64,000 nt of DNA from Nitrospirota bacterium (GTDB lineage: Bacteria > UBA2233), in NCBI GenBank assembly GCA_011620345.1, contig WOZJ01000050.1:151976-215975 (forward strand). The letters run 5' to 3'. Position numbers and translations under genes: made by a program. Positions 10,151-18,309 of the stretch are shown here, in pieces. Every line of letters begins with the position of its first letter. Positions within the stretch are counted from its first letter, which is position 1. The notes below the pieces were generated by a model that did not search any database, was not told the DNA's origin, and worked only from the letters and a program-made list of their open reading frames with translations.

Positions 10151-11850
10151 AGATGTCGCGCGCCCTGATACCCACGCTCCGCGAAGACCCCAAGGACGCC
10201 GAAGTTATTTCCCATAAGCTTCTGGTACGTGCAGGCTTTATCCGAAAGGTTGCCGCGGGCATTTACACGATGCTTCCTTTGGGGTTGAGGACGGTAGGAA
10301 AGCTCATGGCGCTCGTGCGTGAGGAGATGGAGCGTGCAGGGGCAATTGAGATCCAGATGCCGCTTGTCCAACCCAAGGAATTATGGACTTCCTCGGGGAG
10401 ATGGGAGCTTTACGGAAAAGAACTCCTAAGGCTTAAAGACCGAAAAGACCAAGAGTTCTGCTTGGCGCCAACACACGAAGAGGTCGTTACCGAGCTCATC
10501 AAAAATGAAGTTCGCTCGTACAGGCAACTCCCGTTGATCCTCTACCAGATTCACACCAAATTCCGCGATGAGATCCGCCCGCGCTTTGGCCTTATGCGTG
10601 CCAGAGAGTTTCTCATGAAAGATGCCTACAGCTTCGATGTCTCTGAGGCTTGCAGCATGCAAGCCTACCAGACAATGTATTCCGCCTACGAGAGGATCTT
10701 CAGAAGGATAGGTCTTAAGTTTGAAGTGGTAGAAGCGGATACGGGTACGATTGGAGGAAGCCTTTCCCATGAGTTCCAAGTGCTTGCCCCAACGGGCGAG
10801 GATAAGATTGCTCGGTGTAACGGCTGCAAAAAGGCCTGGAACGCGGAACTGGCTCCTGTAGCCAAGCCTCGTTTTGTAATGCCTGGATCACCCCTCCCTA
10901 AAGAGAAGGTTAAAACCGGCGATGCCGCCACAATCGAAGAAGTTGCGGTCGTTCTTGGGCTTCAGCCCGAACAAATCTTAAAATCCCTGCTTATCCAGAC
11001 AGAACGAGGGCCCTACCTCGCCGTTGTTCGTGGCGACCGGATTCTTTCTTTGCCCAAGTTCAAGCGTTCTCTGGGCCTGGTGGAGGCTGAGCTTGCCCAG
11101 GATTTGACTGGACTGCCGGAGGGCCAAATCGGCCCTATTGGCCAAGCTTGGCCTGTGGTTGCAGATTACAGCGTCGCTGGAGTTCAAAACGGTGTAGCCG
11201 GGGCAAACGAACCCGGTTACCACTGGGTCAACGTGAACTATGCGCTGGATTTCGAGGCCCAGACGCTGGCCGACCTTACTCTTGCCCAGGAAGGCGACTG
11301 CTGTGGCGTATGCCAAGAGCCTCTTTCTCTTTCTAGGGGAATTGAGGTTGGGCAGGTTTTTTGCTTGGGAACAAAATACTCCAAGCCGATGGAAGCAGTC
11401 TTCTTGGATGCCGACGGGAACAAAAAGCCTACAGTGATGGGATGTTACGGCATCGGAATCGGGAGAACTGTTGCGGCCACCGTCGAACAGTGCCATGATG
11501 ACCAAGGAATCCGCTGGCCTGTCTCTTTGGCCCCGTTTGCCGTTCACCTGGTTTTGCTTGACACAAGACAATCAGAGCTTGTCTCGCTTGCCGACTCGTT
11601 GTATTCGGCTCTCTTGGCTCAAGGCGTGGACGTCCTCTACGACGATCGGGAGGAACGTCCGGGGGTAAAATTCCACGATGCTGACCTCATCGGGCTTCCG
11701 CTTCGCTTGACGATAGGGAAAAAGTATAAAGAGAAGGGTTTGGTCGAGATCAAGGCAAGAGACGCGTCGTTCATGGAAGATATGCCCCCTGAAGATGCGA
11801 GCAAACGGATTCATGCATTCTTGAGCCAGCAAGGTATGGCAAATGGGTGA
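10147..11850 (+). CDS. proS: Proline--tRNA ligase (with INS editing domain)
   Basis: LAPTHEE, KFRDEIRPRFGLMRAREF.MKDAYSF, MGCYGIG. Confidence 0.99.
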   Translation: MKMSRALIPTLREDPKDAEVISHKLLVRAGFIRKVAAGIYTMLPLGLRTVGKLMALVREEMERAGAIEIQMPLVQPKELWTSSGRWELYGKELLRLKDRKDQEFCLAPTHEEVVTELIKNEVRSYRQLPLILYQIHTKFRDEIRPRFGLMRAREFLMKDAYSFDVSEACSMQAYQTMYSAYERIFRRIGLKFEVVEADTGTIGGSLSHEFQVLAPTGEDKIARCNGCKKAWNAELAPVAKPRFVMPGSPLPKEKVKTGDAATIEEVAVVLGLQPEQILKSLLIQTERGPYLAVVRGDRILSLPKFKRSLGLVEAELAQDLTGLPEGQIGPIGQAWPVVADYSVAGVQNGVAGANEPGYHWVNVNYALDFEAQTLADLTLAQEGDCCGVCQEPLSLSRGIEVGQVFCLGTKYSKPMEAVFLDADGNKKPTVMGCYGIGIGRTVAATVEQCHDDQGIRWPVSLAPFAVHLVLLDTRQSELVSLADSLYSALLAQGVDVLYDDREERPGVKFHDADLIGLPLRLTIGKKYKEKGLVEIKARDASFMEDMPPEDASKRIHAFLSQQGMANG

Positions 11851-12538
11851 GGTTATTTTCGCGCTGGACGACGAGCGGTTGGAGGCGGCGCTTGGTTGGG
11901 TTGACCGCCTGAAGGAGCGTATAAGCTGGTTTAAGATAGGAAGCGCTCTGTTTACGCGTTACGGGCCAAAATCCATCCTGGCTGCCAGGGAAGCAGGTGC
12001 GAGCCATATCTTTTTAGACCTTAAATTTCACGATATCCCGACGACCGTCCTTAAGGCTCTCCAAGGGGCCGCGGAGCTTGGCGTGGACATGGTGAACTTG
12101 CACATCTTAAGCGGACAGGAGACGCTAGAGATGTGCAGCGCTTGGGTTCGGTCGCTCCCTCAAGGTTCCCATTGTCCTCTTGTTGTGGGGGTTACCGTCC
12201 TTAGCTCTCTGAAAACTGAAGACCTTCAAATGCTCGGGTTTGCAGGCCCGAGAGAAAAGCTTCTTCTTGAGCTTGCATCTCTAGGGAAGCAGGCAAGCCT
12301 AGACGGTGTGGTCGCTTCAGGGGAGGAGATCGGCCCCGTCCGGAAGGCATTCCCTAAGGATTTCCTTATCGTTTGTCCGGGCGTGTTTGTAGGGGATGAG
12401 ATGAGCCTCCCTAAAGACCAAAAGAATAGTCTTCATGCCAACGAGGCGTTTTCGTTAGGTGCTGATTTCGTTGTGCTAGGTAGGTCGCTAAGGCAATGTC
12501 AAGACCCCCAAGGAATATTGGCCACGCTCGCCCGCTAG
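11843..12538 (+). CDS. pyrF: Orotidine-5'-phosphate decarboxylase
   Basis: IFLDLKFHDIPTTV, VTVLSS, DGVVAS, GAD.VVLGR. Confidence 0.96.
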   Translation: MGEVIFALDDERLEAALGWVDRLKERISWFKIGSALFTRYGPKSILAAREAGASHIFLDLKFHDIPTTVLKALQGAAELGVDMVNLHILSGQETLEMCSAWVRSLPQGSHCPLVVGVTVLSSLKTEDLQMLGFAGPREKLLLELASLGKQASLDGVVASGEEIGPVRKAFPKDFLIVCPGVFVGDEMSLPKDQKNSLHANEAFSLGADFVVLGRSLRQCQDPQGILATLAR

Positions 12539-13299
12539 AGGGTCAGAATTTTCTGGTGTTTGGCGTCCATCCTGTGATGACGCTCGTTGCCCAAAGGCCA
12601 GAAAGCATCGGAAAAATTTGCCTAAAGCCCGGGTTGCGTTCGAGCTTGCTTGAGCCCTTCCTTCGGGAACTTCAGGCCAAAAAAATTGTTTGGGAGTTTC
12701 AAGATGAGGCCTTTTTTGGGCAGCTCTCCAAAGAAAGCGTGCACCAGGGCCTCGTCGCAATCATGAAGGACGTTTCGCAGATGGACGAAGAGGACCTCTT
12801 CGAGCGTCTGACCCGAACACACGAAAGGCCGCGTGGCATTGTATGTCTTGACCAACTCCAAGACACGAGGAACCTTGGAGCAATCGTGAGGGCAGGGGTT
12901 GCGTTCGGCCTTGAAGACTATGTGCTCACAAGGCATGGTCAGGCCCGGGTCGGTGAGGCCGCCTGGAAGGCTTCCGCAGGCATGCTGGCCTATGCCCGCC
13001 TATTTTTTGCAACCAATCTAGGGAGGGTGTTGAAGCGCCTTAAAGACCTAGGCTATTGGGTAGTGGGGCTCGATGCAACCGTTAAAGATTCGGGCCAGGC
13101 GTTTACTTTCCCTGAGTCGTGCGTTTTTGTGTTTGGTTCCGAGCACAAAGGGATCCGAGAAGGGTTGCGCAAAAAATGCGATTTTTCTTTTAGGATTCCC
13201 TTAGATTCAAGGGTAGAGTCGCTCAACGTGGCTTCTGCGGCCTCGATCGTGTTTTATATGTTCAGAGAACAGTTCGTTGACAAGTTCAAGACTGGATGA
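12496..13299 (+). CDS. rlmB: 23S rRNA Gm2251 methyltransferase (TrmH/SpoU family)
   Basis: D..NLGAIVR, GSE.KG, VESLNVA..A SPOUT motifs; start position uncertain. Confidence 0.92.
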   Translation: MSRPPRNIGHARPLEGQNFLVFGVHPVMTLVAQRPESIGKICLKPGLRSSLLEPFLRELQAKKIVWEFQDEAFFGQLSKESVHQGLVAIMKDVSQMDEEDLFERLTRTHERPRGIVCLDQLQDTRNLGAIVRAGVAFGLEDYVLTRHGQARVGEAAWKASAGMLAYARLFFATNLGRVLKRLKDLGYWVVGLDATVKDSGQAFTFPESCVFVFGSEHKGIREGLRKKCDFSFRIPLDSRVESLNVASAASIVFYMFREQFVDKFKTG

Positions 13300-13305
13300 T
13301 AAAAT
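13277..13305 (+). promoter_or_regulatory. Sigma70 promoter for the tRNA-tuf operon
   Basis: TTGACA (13277-82), 17 nt, TAAAAT (13300-05) with extended -10 TG; lies in the rlmB 3' end. Confidence 0.8.
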
Positions 13306-13344
13306 ACGAGATTCTATGGGTTAGGCTTGAATAAAATGCAACAA

Positions 13345-13420
13345 GCTGGCGTAGCTCAACAGGTAGAGCAGCTGATTTGTAATCAGCAGGTTGCGGGTTC
13401 GAGTCCCATCGCCAGCTCCA
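13345..13420 (+). tRNA. tRNA-Thr(TGT)
   Basis: Cloverleaf GCTGGCG/CGCCAGC, anticodon loop TTTGTAA, GGTTCGAGT, CCA end. Confidence 0.97.
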
Positions 13421-13423
13421 TGT

Positions 13424-13508
13424 GGAGAGGTTCCCGAGCGGCCAAAGGGAGCGGTCTGTAAAACCGCCGGCTTCGCCTTCGGAGGTTCGAATCCTCCCCT
13501 CTCCACCA
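13424..13508 (+). tRNA. tRNA-Tyr(GTA)
   Basis: GGAGAGG/CCTCTCC, loop CTGTAAA, long variable arm, CCA end. Confidence 0.97.
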
Positions 13509-13559
13509 AAGCGGAAAAAACCGGTATACTCTAGTAATTAAGGGGCGGTACTCAATAGG

Positions 13560-13634
13560 GCGGGAATAGCTCAGCGGTAGAGCGCGAGCCTTCCAAGCTC
13601 GGGGTCGCGGGTTCGAATCCCGTTTCCCGCTCCA
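13560..13634 (+). tRNA. tRNA-Gly(TCC)
   Basis: GCGGGAA/TTCCCGC, loop CTTCCAA, CCA end. Confidence 0.97.
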
Positions 13635-13637
13635 AAA

Positions 13638-13713
13638 GCCCACGTAGCTCAGGCGGTGGAGCACTTCCTTGGTAAGGAAGAGGTCACCGGTTCGAGTCCG
13701 GTCGTGGGCTCCA
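13638..13713 (+). tRNA. tRNA-Thr(GGT)
   Basis: GCCCACG/CGTGGGC, loop TTGGTAA, CCA end. Confidence 0.97.
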
Positions 13714-13722
13714 GGCTTCTCG

Positions 13723-14968
13723 AACATCACCCACCAAGGAGTACGGAAAGACCATGGGAAAGGCGAAATTTGAGCGCACCAAGCCCCATCTAAACGTAGG
13801 CACGATCGGGCACGTCGACCACGGCAAGACAACGCTCACCGCGGCGATTACGAAGGTGCTGGCCAAGAAGGGGTTGGCCGAGTACGTCCCGTTTGATTCG
13901 ATCGACAAAGCGCCAGAGGAGAAAGCCAGGGGCATCACGATCGCCACGGCCCACGTCGAGTACCAGTCGCTAAAGCGCCACTACGCGCACGTCGACTGCC
14001 CTGGCCATGCAGACTACGTCAAGAACATGATCACCGGTGCCGCCCAGATGGACGGGGCTGTCGTGGTCGTCTCGGCCGCCGACGGGCCAATGCCACAGAC
14101 AAGAGAGCACATCCTCCTGGCCCGTCAGGTGGGCGTCCCTTATATTGTCGTTTTTATGAACAAGGTGGACATGGTCGACGATCCCGAGCTTCTAGATTTG
14201 GTCGAGCTAGAGGTAAGAGAGCTTCTGTCCGAATACCAGTTCCCGGGGGATGAGATTCCAGTGGTCCGTGGCAGCGCGCTCAAGGCCCTCAACGAGGGCA
14301 CAGGCGAGCGGGACGACCCTAACTCCAAGCCCATCTGGGAGCTTCTGGACGCCCTGGATGCCTACATCCCCGAGCCAAAGAGGGAAACCGACAAGCCTTT
14401 CTTAATGGCAATCGAGGATGTGTTTACGATCTCCGGCCGGGGGACGGTCGTAACCGGCAGGATAGAGCGGGGTATCGTGAAGGTAGGCGACGAAGTCGAG
14501 ATCGTCGGGTTCCACCCGACCGTCAAGACGGTCGTTACGGGCGTAGAGATGTTCCGAAAGCTCTTAGACGAGGGGAGGGCGGGGGACAACGTCGGCTGCC
14601 TTCTTAGAGGCGTCAAGCGTGACGATGTGGAACGTGGTCAGGTTCTGGCCAAGCCGGGTTCAATCACTCCGCATACGGTGTTCAAGGCCGAGGTCTACGT
14701 CCTTAAGAAGGAAGAAGGAGGCAGGCATACCCCGTTCTTTACGGGATACCGTCCCCAGTTCTATTTTCGGACGACGGACGTTACCGGTGTGGTAAAACTC
14801 CAAGAGGGTGTCGAGATGATCATTCCAGGGGATAACGCCAACCTCGAGGTCGAGTTGATCGCCCCGGTGGCTCTCGAAGAGCAGGTCCGCTTCGCCATCC
14901 GTGAAGGCGGAAGGACGGTAGGTGCCGGTGTTGTAACCCAGGTCGTGAAATAAAGGAGCGGGGGGATG
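13723..14968 (+). repeat. Direct repeat copy 1 (tuf plus flanks), matches 29988-31233
   Basis: Same translation, same antisense-frame ORFs and same flanks at offset 16265. Confidence 0.93.
13754..14953 (+). CDS. tuf: Elongation factor Tu (copy 1)
   Basis: [34 protein letters not shown]. Confidence 0.99.
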   Translation: MGKAKFERTKPHLNVGTIGHVDHGKTTLTAAITKVLAKKGLAEYVPFDSIDKAPEEKARGITIATAHVEYQSLKRHYAHVDCPGHADYVKNMITGAAQMDGAVVVVSAADGPMPQTREHILLARQVGVPYIVVFMNKVDMVDDPELLDLVELEVRELLSEYQFPGDEIPVVRGSALKALNEGTGERDDPNSKPIWELLDALDAYIPEPKRETDKPFLMAIEDVFTISGRGTVVTGRIERGIVKVGDEVEIVGFHPTVKTVVTGVEMFRKLLDEGRAGDNVGCLLRGVKRDDVERGQVLAKPGSITPHTVFKAEVYVLKKEEGGRHTPFFTGYRPQFYFRTTDVTGVVKLQEGVEMIIPGDNANLEVELIAPVALEEQVRFAIREGGRTVGAGVVTQVVK

Positions 14969-15115
14969 CGAGACATCATAACGCTTGCCTGCAACACTTG
15001 CAAGCGAAGGAACTATACAACGACCAAAAATAAGAAGACAACAACCGACAGGATTGAAAAGAAAAAGTACTGCAGGTATTGCCGTAGCCATACTCCTCAT
15101 CGAGAGGTTAGGTAG
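14966..15115 (+). CDS. rpmG: 50S ribosomal protein L33 (Zn-binding form, 49 aa; not in ORF track)
   Basis: Manual translation [49 protein letters not shown]. Confidence 0.97.
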   Translation: MRDIITLACNTCKRRNYTTTKNKKTTTDRIEKKKYCRYCRSHTPHREVR

Positions 15116-15132
15116 CGTTAGGTATTTATCAT

Positions 15133-15209
15133 AGGCCAGTAGCTCTAACGGCTAGAGCGCCGGACTCCAAATCCGGATGCTGGGGGTTCGAATCCCTCCT
15201 GGCCTGCCA
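15133..15209 (+). tRNA. tRNA-Trp(CCA)
   Basis: AGGCCAG/CTGGCCT, loop CTCCAAA, CCA end; typical position before secE. Confidence 0.97.
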
Positions 15210-15234
15210 ATTTTATTATACATGAAGGCTAAAG

Positions 15235-15426
15235 ATGCTGAACGCGAAGCGAATTGTGCGGTTTTTAGGCGACTCCAAAGCAGAGCTTGGGCGGGTAACA
15301 TGGCCTGGGGTACGAGTGACGGCTGCTTCGACATCGGCGGTGCTCGTGTTTGTAGGGCTATTCAGCGTTTACCTCAACCTTGTTGATGTGGCCTTAAGTT
15401 TTGCTGTCCGGTATGTTCTTGGTTAG
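15235..15426 (+). CDS. secE: Preprotein translocase SecE
   Basis: FL....EL.RVTWP plus one TM helix; between tRNA-Trp and nusG. Confidence 0.93.
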   Translation: MLNAKRIVRFLGDSKAELGRVTWPGVRVTAASTSAVLVFVGLFSVYLNLVDVALSFAVRYVLG

Positions 15427-15434
15427 GTTGCAAG

Positions 15435-15965
15435 ATGGAAAAACAATGGTATGTGGTTCATACCTACACAGGGTCCGAGAATAAAGTCAAACAGCAGCTT
15501 GCAGATAGGATTGCCCAGAAAGGCATGGAGGATTTTTTTGGGGAGATCCTCGTCCCGGAAGAGAATATAGTGGAGCTCGTCAAGGGGCAAAAGCGCACCT
15601 CCAAGCGGAGGTTTTATAGTGGATATATACTCGTTCAAATGCACATGAGCGAGAAAACTTGGGATTTGGTACGGCAAATCCCAAAGGTTACCGGGTTTGT
15701 AGGCGAAGGGCATATACCTACTCCCGTACAAGAAGAAGAGATCGGCAGAATAAAGCGTCAAGTCGAAGAGGGAGCGGGCAGGCCAAAGCCAAAAGTTGTC
15801 TTTGAAAAAGGAGAGATCGTCCGGGTCATCGACGGTCCGTTCACGAATTTCACGGGGGCCGTACAAGAAACAAAGCCAGACCGTGGAAAAGTTAAGGTGC
15901 TGGTGAGTATTTTTGGGCGAGCCACGCCGATCGAACTGGACTTTATCCAAGTATCTAAGGTGTAA
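15435..15965 (+). CDS. nusG: Transcription factor NusG
   Basis: WYVVHTY.G.E.KV, VTGFVG, KOW GEIVRVIDGPF, SIFGRATPIEL. Confidence 0.99.
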   Translation: MEKQWYVVHTYTGSENKVKQQLADRIAQKGMEDFFGEILVPEENIVELVKGQKRTSKRRFYSGYILVQMHMSEKTWDLVRQIPKVTGFVGEGHIPTPVQEEEIGRIKRQVEEGAGRPKPKVVFEKGEIVRVIDGPFTNFTGAVQETKPDRGKVKVLVSIFGRATPIELDFIQVSKV

Positions 15966-15983
15966 CAAGAGAAGGGTCTGAAG

Positions 15984-16412
15984 ATGGCCAAGAAAACCGT
16001 AGGCGAAGTGAAGCTTCAGCTGCCAGCTGGAAAGGCAAACCCTGCTCCTCCTGTAGGGCCGGCTCTGGGAAAGTTTGGGGTCAACATCATGGAATTCTGT
16101 AAGCAATTCAATGCCCAGACTGCTTCTCAAGAGGGTAGCATTATTCCGGTCATCATTACGATTTTTGATGACCGGTCTTTCTCGTTTGTTTTAAAGACTC
16201 CGCCGGCAAGCGACTTAATTAAAAAGGCTCTTGGGCTCGAGAAAGGGGCAAAGCTTCCTGGAAAAGAGAAGGTAGGGCGTTTGGGCCAAGGAAAGGTTCG
16301 AGAAATTGCACAACTCAAGATGCCCGATTTAACGGCTGCTTCTTTAGACGCGGCGGTTCAGACCATTATGGGTACCGCAAGGAGTATGGGCGTGGAGATT
16401 GTAGCAGAATAG
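15984..16412 (+). CDS. rplK: 50S ribosomal protein L11
   Basis: [28 protein letters not shown]. Confidence 0.99.
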   Translation: MAKKTVGEVKLQLPAGKANPAPPVGPALGKFGVNIMEFCKQFNAQTASQEGSIIPVIITIFDDRSFSFVLKTPPASDLIKKALGLEKGAKLPGKEKVGRLGQGKVREIAQLKMPDLTAASLDAAVQTIMGTARSMGVEIVAE

Positions 16413-16423
16413 GAGGAGATGGG

Positions 16424-17119
16424 ATGGCCAAGAGGGGAAAACACTACAGAAGGGTGCTGGGCCTCGTCGACCGAATCAAGCGGTACGATTTGGGTGCGGC
16501 CGTTGCGTTGGTGAAGGAAATGCATTACGTCAAATTTGACGAGATGCTCGAGGTAGCCTTTCGGCTTGGGGTAGACCCAAGGAAAGCCGATCAAATGGTC
16601 CGAGGAACCGTCATGTTGCCTCACGGCGTAGGTAAGGTGCCTCGCATTGCCGTCTTTGCCAAAGGGGAAAAGGCACTTGAGGCCGAGAAGGCAGGGGCAG
16701 ACATCGTAGGCGCAGAGGATTTGATCGAAAAGATCCGTGGAGGATTTTTCGAATTCGACCGGACGTTGGCCACTCCGGACATTATGGGACAGGTGGGAAA
16801 AATCGGAAAAATCCTTGGCCCAAAAGGACTCATGCCTAACCCGAAGGCAGGAACGGTTACATTTGACATCGCAAAGGCGGTTGAGGAGATGAAAAGGGGA
16901 AGGCTTGAATTTCGAGTAGACAAGGCGGGCAATGTGCATTTGCCCGTAGGAAGATGGAGCTTTGCGCAAACGCAACTCGAGGAAAACATTAAGGCAGCAA
17001 TCGATGCCATACAGAGGTCAAGGCCTTCTTCGGCCAAAGGGACATACCTACGTACGCTCCACGTCTCAGGTACGATGACCCCATCTGTAGAGCTAGACGT
17101 TACCGGCTTTAGGAAGTAG
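16424..17119 (+). CDS. rplA: 50S ribosomal protein L1
   Basis: LGVDPRKADQMVRG, LGPKGLMPNPK.GTVT. Confidence 0.99.
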   Translation: MAKRGKHYRRVLGLVDRIKRYDLGAAVALVKEMHYVKFDEMLEVAFRLGVDPRKADQMVRGTVMLPHGVGKVPRIAVFAKGEKALEAEKAGADIVGAEDLIEKIRGGFFEFDRTLATPDIMGQVGKIGKILGPKGLMPNPKAGTVTFDIAKAVEEMKRGRLEFRVDKAGNVHLPVGRWSFAQTQLEENIKAAIDAIQRSRPSSAKGTYLRTLHVSGTMTPSVELDVTGFRK

Positions 17120-17129
17120 GGGGCCAGAG

Positions 17130-17648
17130 ATGCAAAAACAAGAGAAAGAGCGTTTGGTCAACGAACTTATCGACCAGCTCCGAGACACCTCACTGCTTGT
17201 TCTGAGCAACTTCCAAGGGATTAACGTTCAGGAAATGAACCGCCTAAGGAGGCTTGTCCAAAAGAGCCAGGGGCACTTTCGCGTGGTCAAGAACACGCTC
17301 ATAAAGCGAGCGCTCGGCGATTCCGGGTTTCTAGGGTTGGATTCGCTCTTGAGTGGCCCAACGGCTATCTTTTACACCGACCAGCAGGATCCTTCGGTAT
17401 TGAGCAAGACGATCTTGGCTTTTCTTAAAGAAAGGCCGGAATTGTCTGTAAAGGGCCTTGCCTTAGAGAAGGCGGCGTTAAAGTCTGAAACGCTCAAAGA
17501 TCTCAGCGAGCTCCCTTCAAAAGAACAACTCTTAAGCCATCTTGTCGGTGTTCTTACCGGCTTGCCGACAAGATTCCTACAATCCCTCAACTGTATACCT
17601 CAAAAGCTGGTTCTTACTATTGCTGCACTCGAAAAAGTTAAGGCATAA
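17130..17648 (+). CDS. rplJ: 50S ribosomal protein L10
   Basis: VVKNTL..RAL, GPTA, LPSKEQLL; synteny. Confidence 0.96.
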   Translation: MQKQEKERLVNELIDQLRDTSLLVLSNFQGINVQEMNRLRRLVQKSQGHFRVVKNTLIKRALGDSGFLGLDSLLSGPTAIFYTDQQDPSVLSKTILAFLKERPELSVKGLALEKAALKSETLKDLSELPSKEQLLSHLVGVLTGLPTRFLQSLNCIPQKLVLTIAALEKVKA

Positions 17649-17696
17649 TCTAACATTTCAATGTTTCTAACTACAACGCAAGAAGGGGGAGCTCCC

Positions 17697-18098
17697 ATGG
17701 AGGCAAGGGCTATTAGTAAGGAAGATGTAATCCAATACCTAGAGGGGATTACTCTCCTAGAGTTGAAAGGCTTGGTAAAAGAGCTTGAGGAGAGGTTTGG
17801 GGTAAGCGCTCAGCCAGTTATGATGGCCGGCGCGGGGATGATGGCTCCTACGCAAGCCACTTCCGCGCAACCCGAGGAAGAGGAAAAGACGGAATTTGAT
17901 GCCGTGCTGTCGGTGGTAGGAGAGAATAAAATCCAGGTGATCAAGGTCGTTCGAGAGATTACGGGGCTTGGCCTTAAAGAAGCAAAAGATCTAGTCGAAG
18001 CCGCCCCAAAGTCTGTCAAAACAGCCGTACCAAAGGAGGAGGCCGAGACGATCAAATCGAAGCTTGAAGGTGTCGGCGCAAAAGTCGAAATAAAGTAA
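17697..18098 (+). CDS. rplL: 50S ribosomal protein L7/L12
   Basis: [31 protein letters not shown]; ATG 17697 after GGGGGAG. Confidence 0.98.
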   Translation: MEARAISKEDVIQYLEGITLLELKGLVKELEERFGVSAQPVMMAGAGMMAPTQATSAQPEEEEKTEFDAVLSVVGENKIQVIKVVREITGLGLKEAKDLVEAAPKSVKTAVPKEEAETIKSKLEGVGAKVEIK

Positions 18099-18148
18099 AT
18101 AAAGTAACGGCAGCCTTTTTTTCATCCAGGTTCGCCGAATCGCTCGTC

Positions 18149-18200
18149 CATTCTACCCCCCGCCGTAAGAAACTTAGTCTTTACGGATGGGGGTAGAATG
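18149..18200 (+). promoter_or_regulatory. Long stem-loop in the rplL-rpoB intergenic region (attenuator or processing site candidate)
   Basis: CATTCTACCCCC-cg-CCGTAA pairs with TTACGG-at-GGGGGTAGAATG. Confidence 0.6.
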
Positions 18201-18309
18201 TTGCCTTTAAAAGGGGCGTAGGAGCGGTTCTTTCTGCCAAGCAATTCTCAACACACCGCATGCCCAACGGGGTAGGATAATGAATATCACCTCTCTCAGA
18301 GAAAAGGAA

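Noticed and set aside
13525-13530. TATACT in the tRNA-Tyr/Gly spacer as an internal promoter
   Set aside because: No matching -35, and a strong promoter already lies at 13277-13305.
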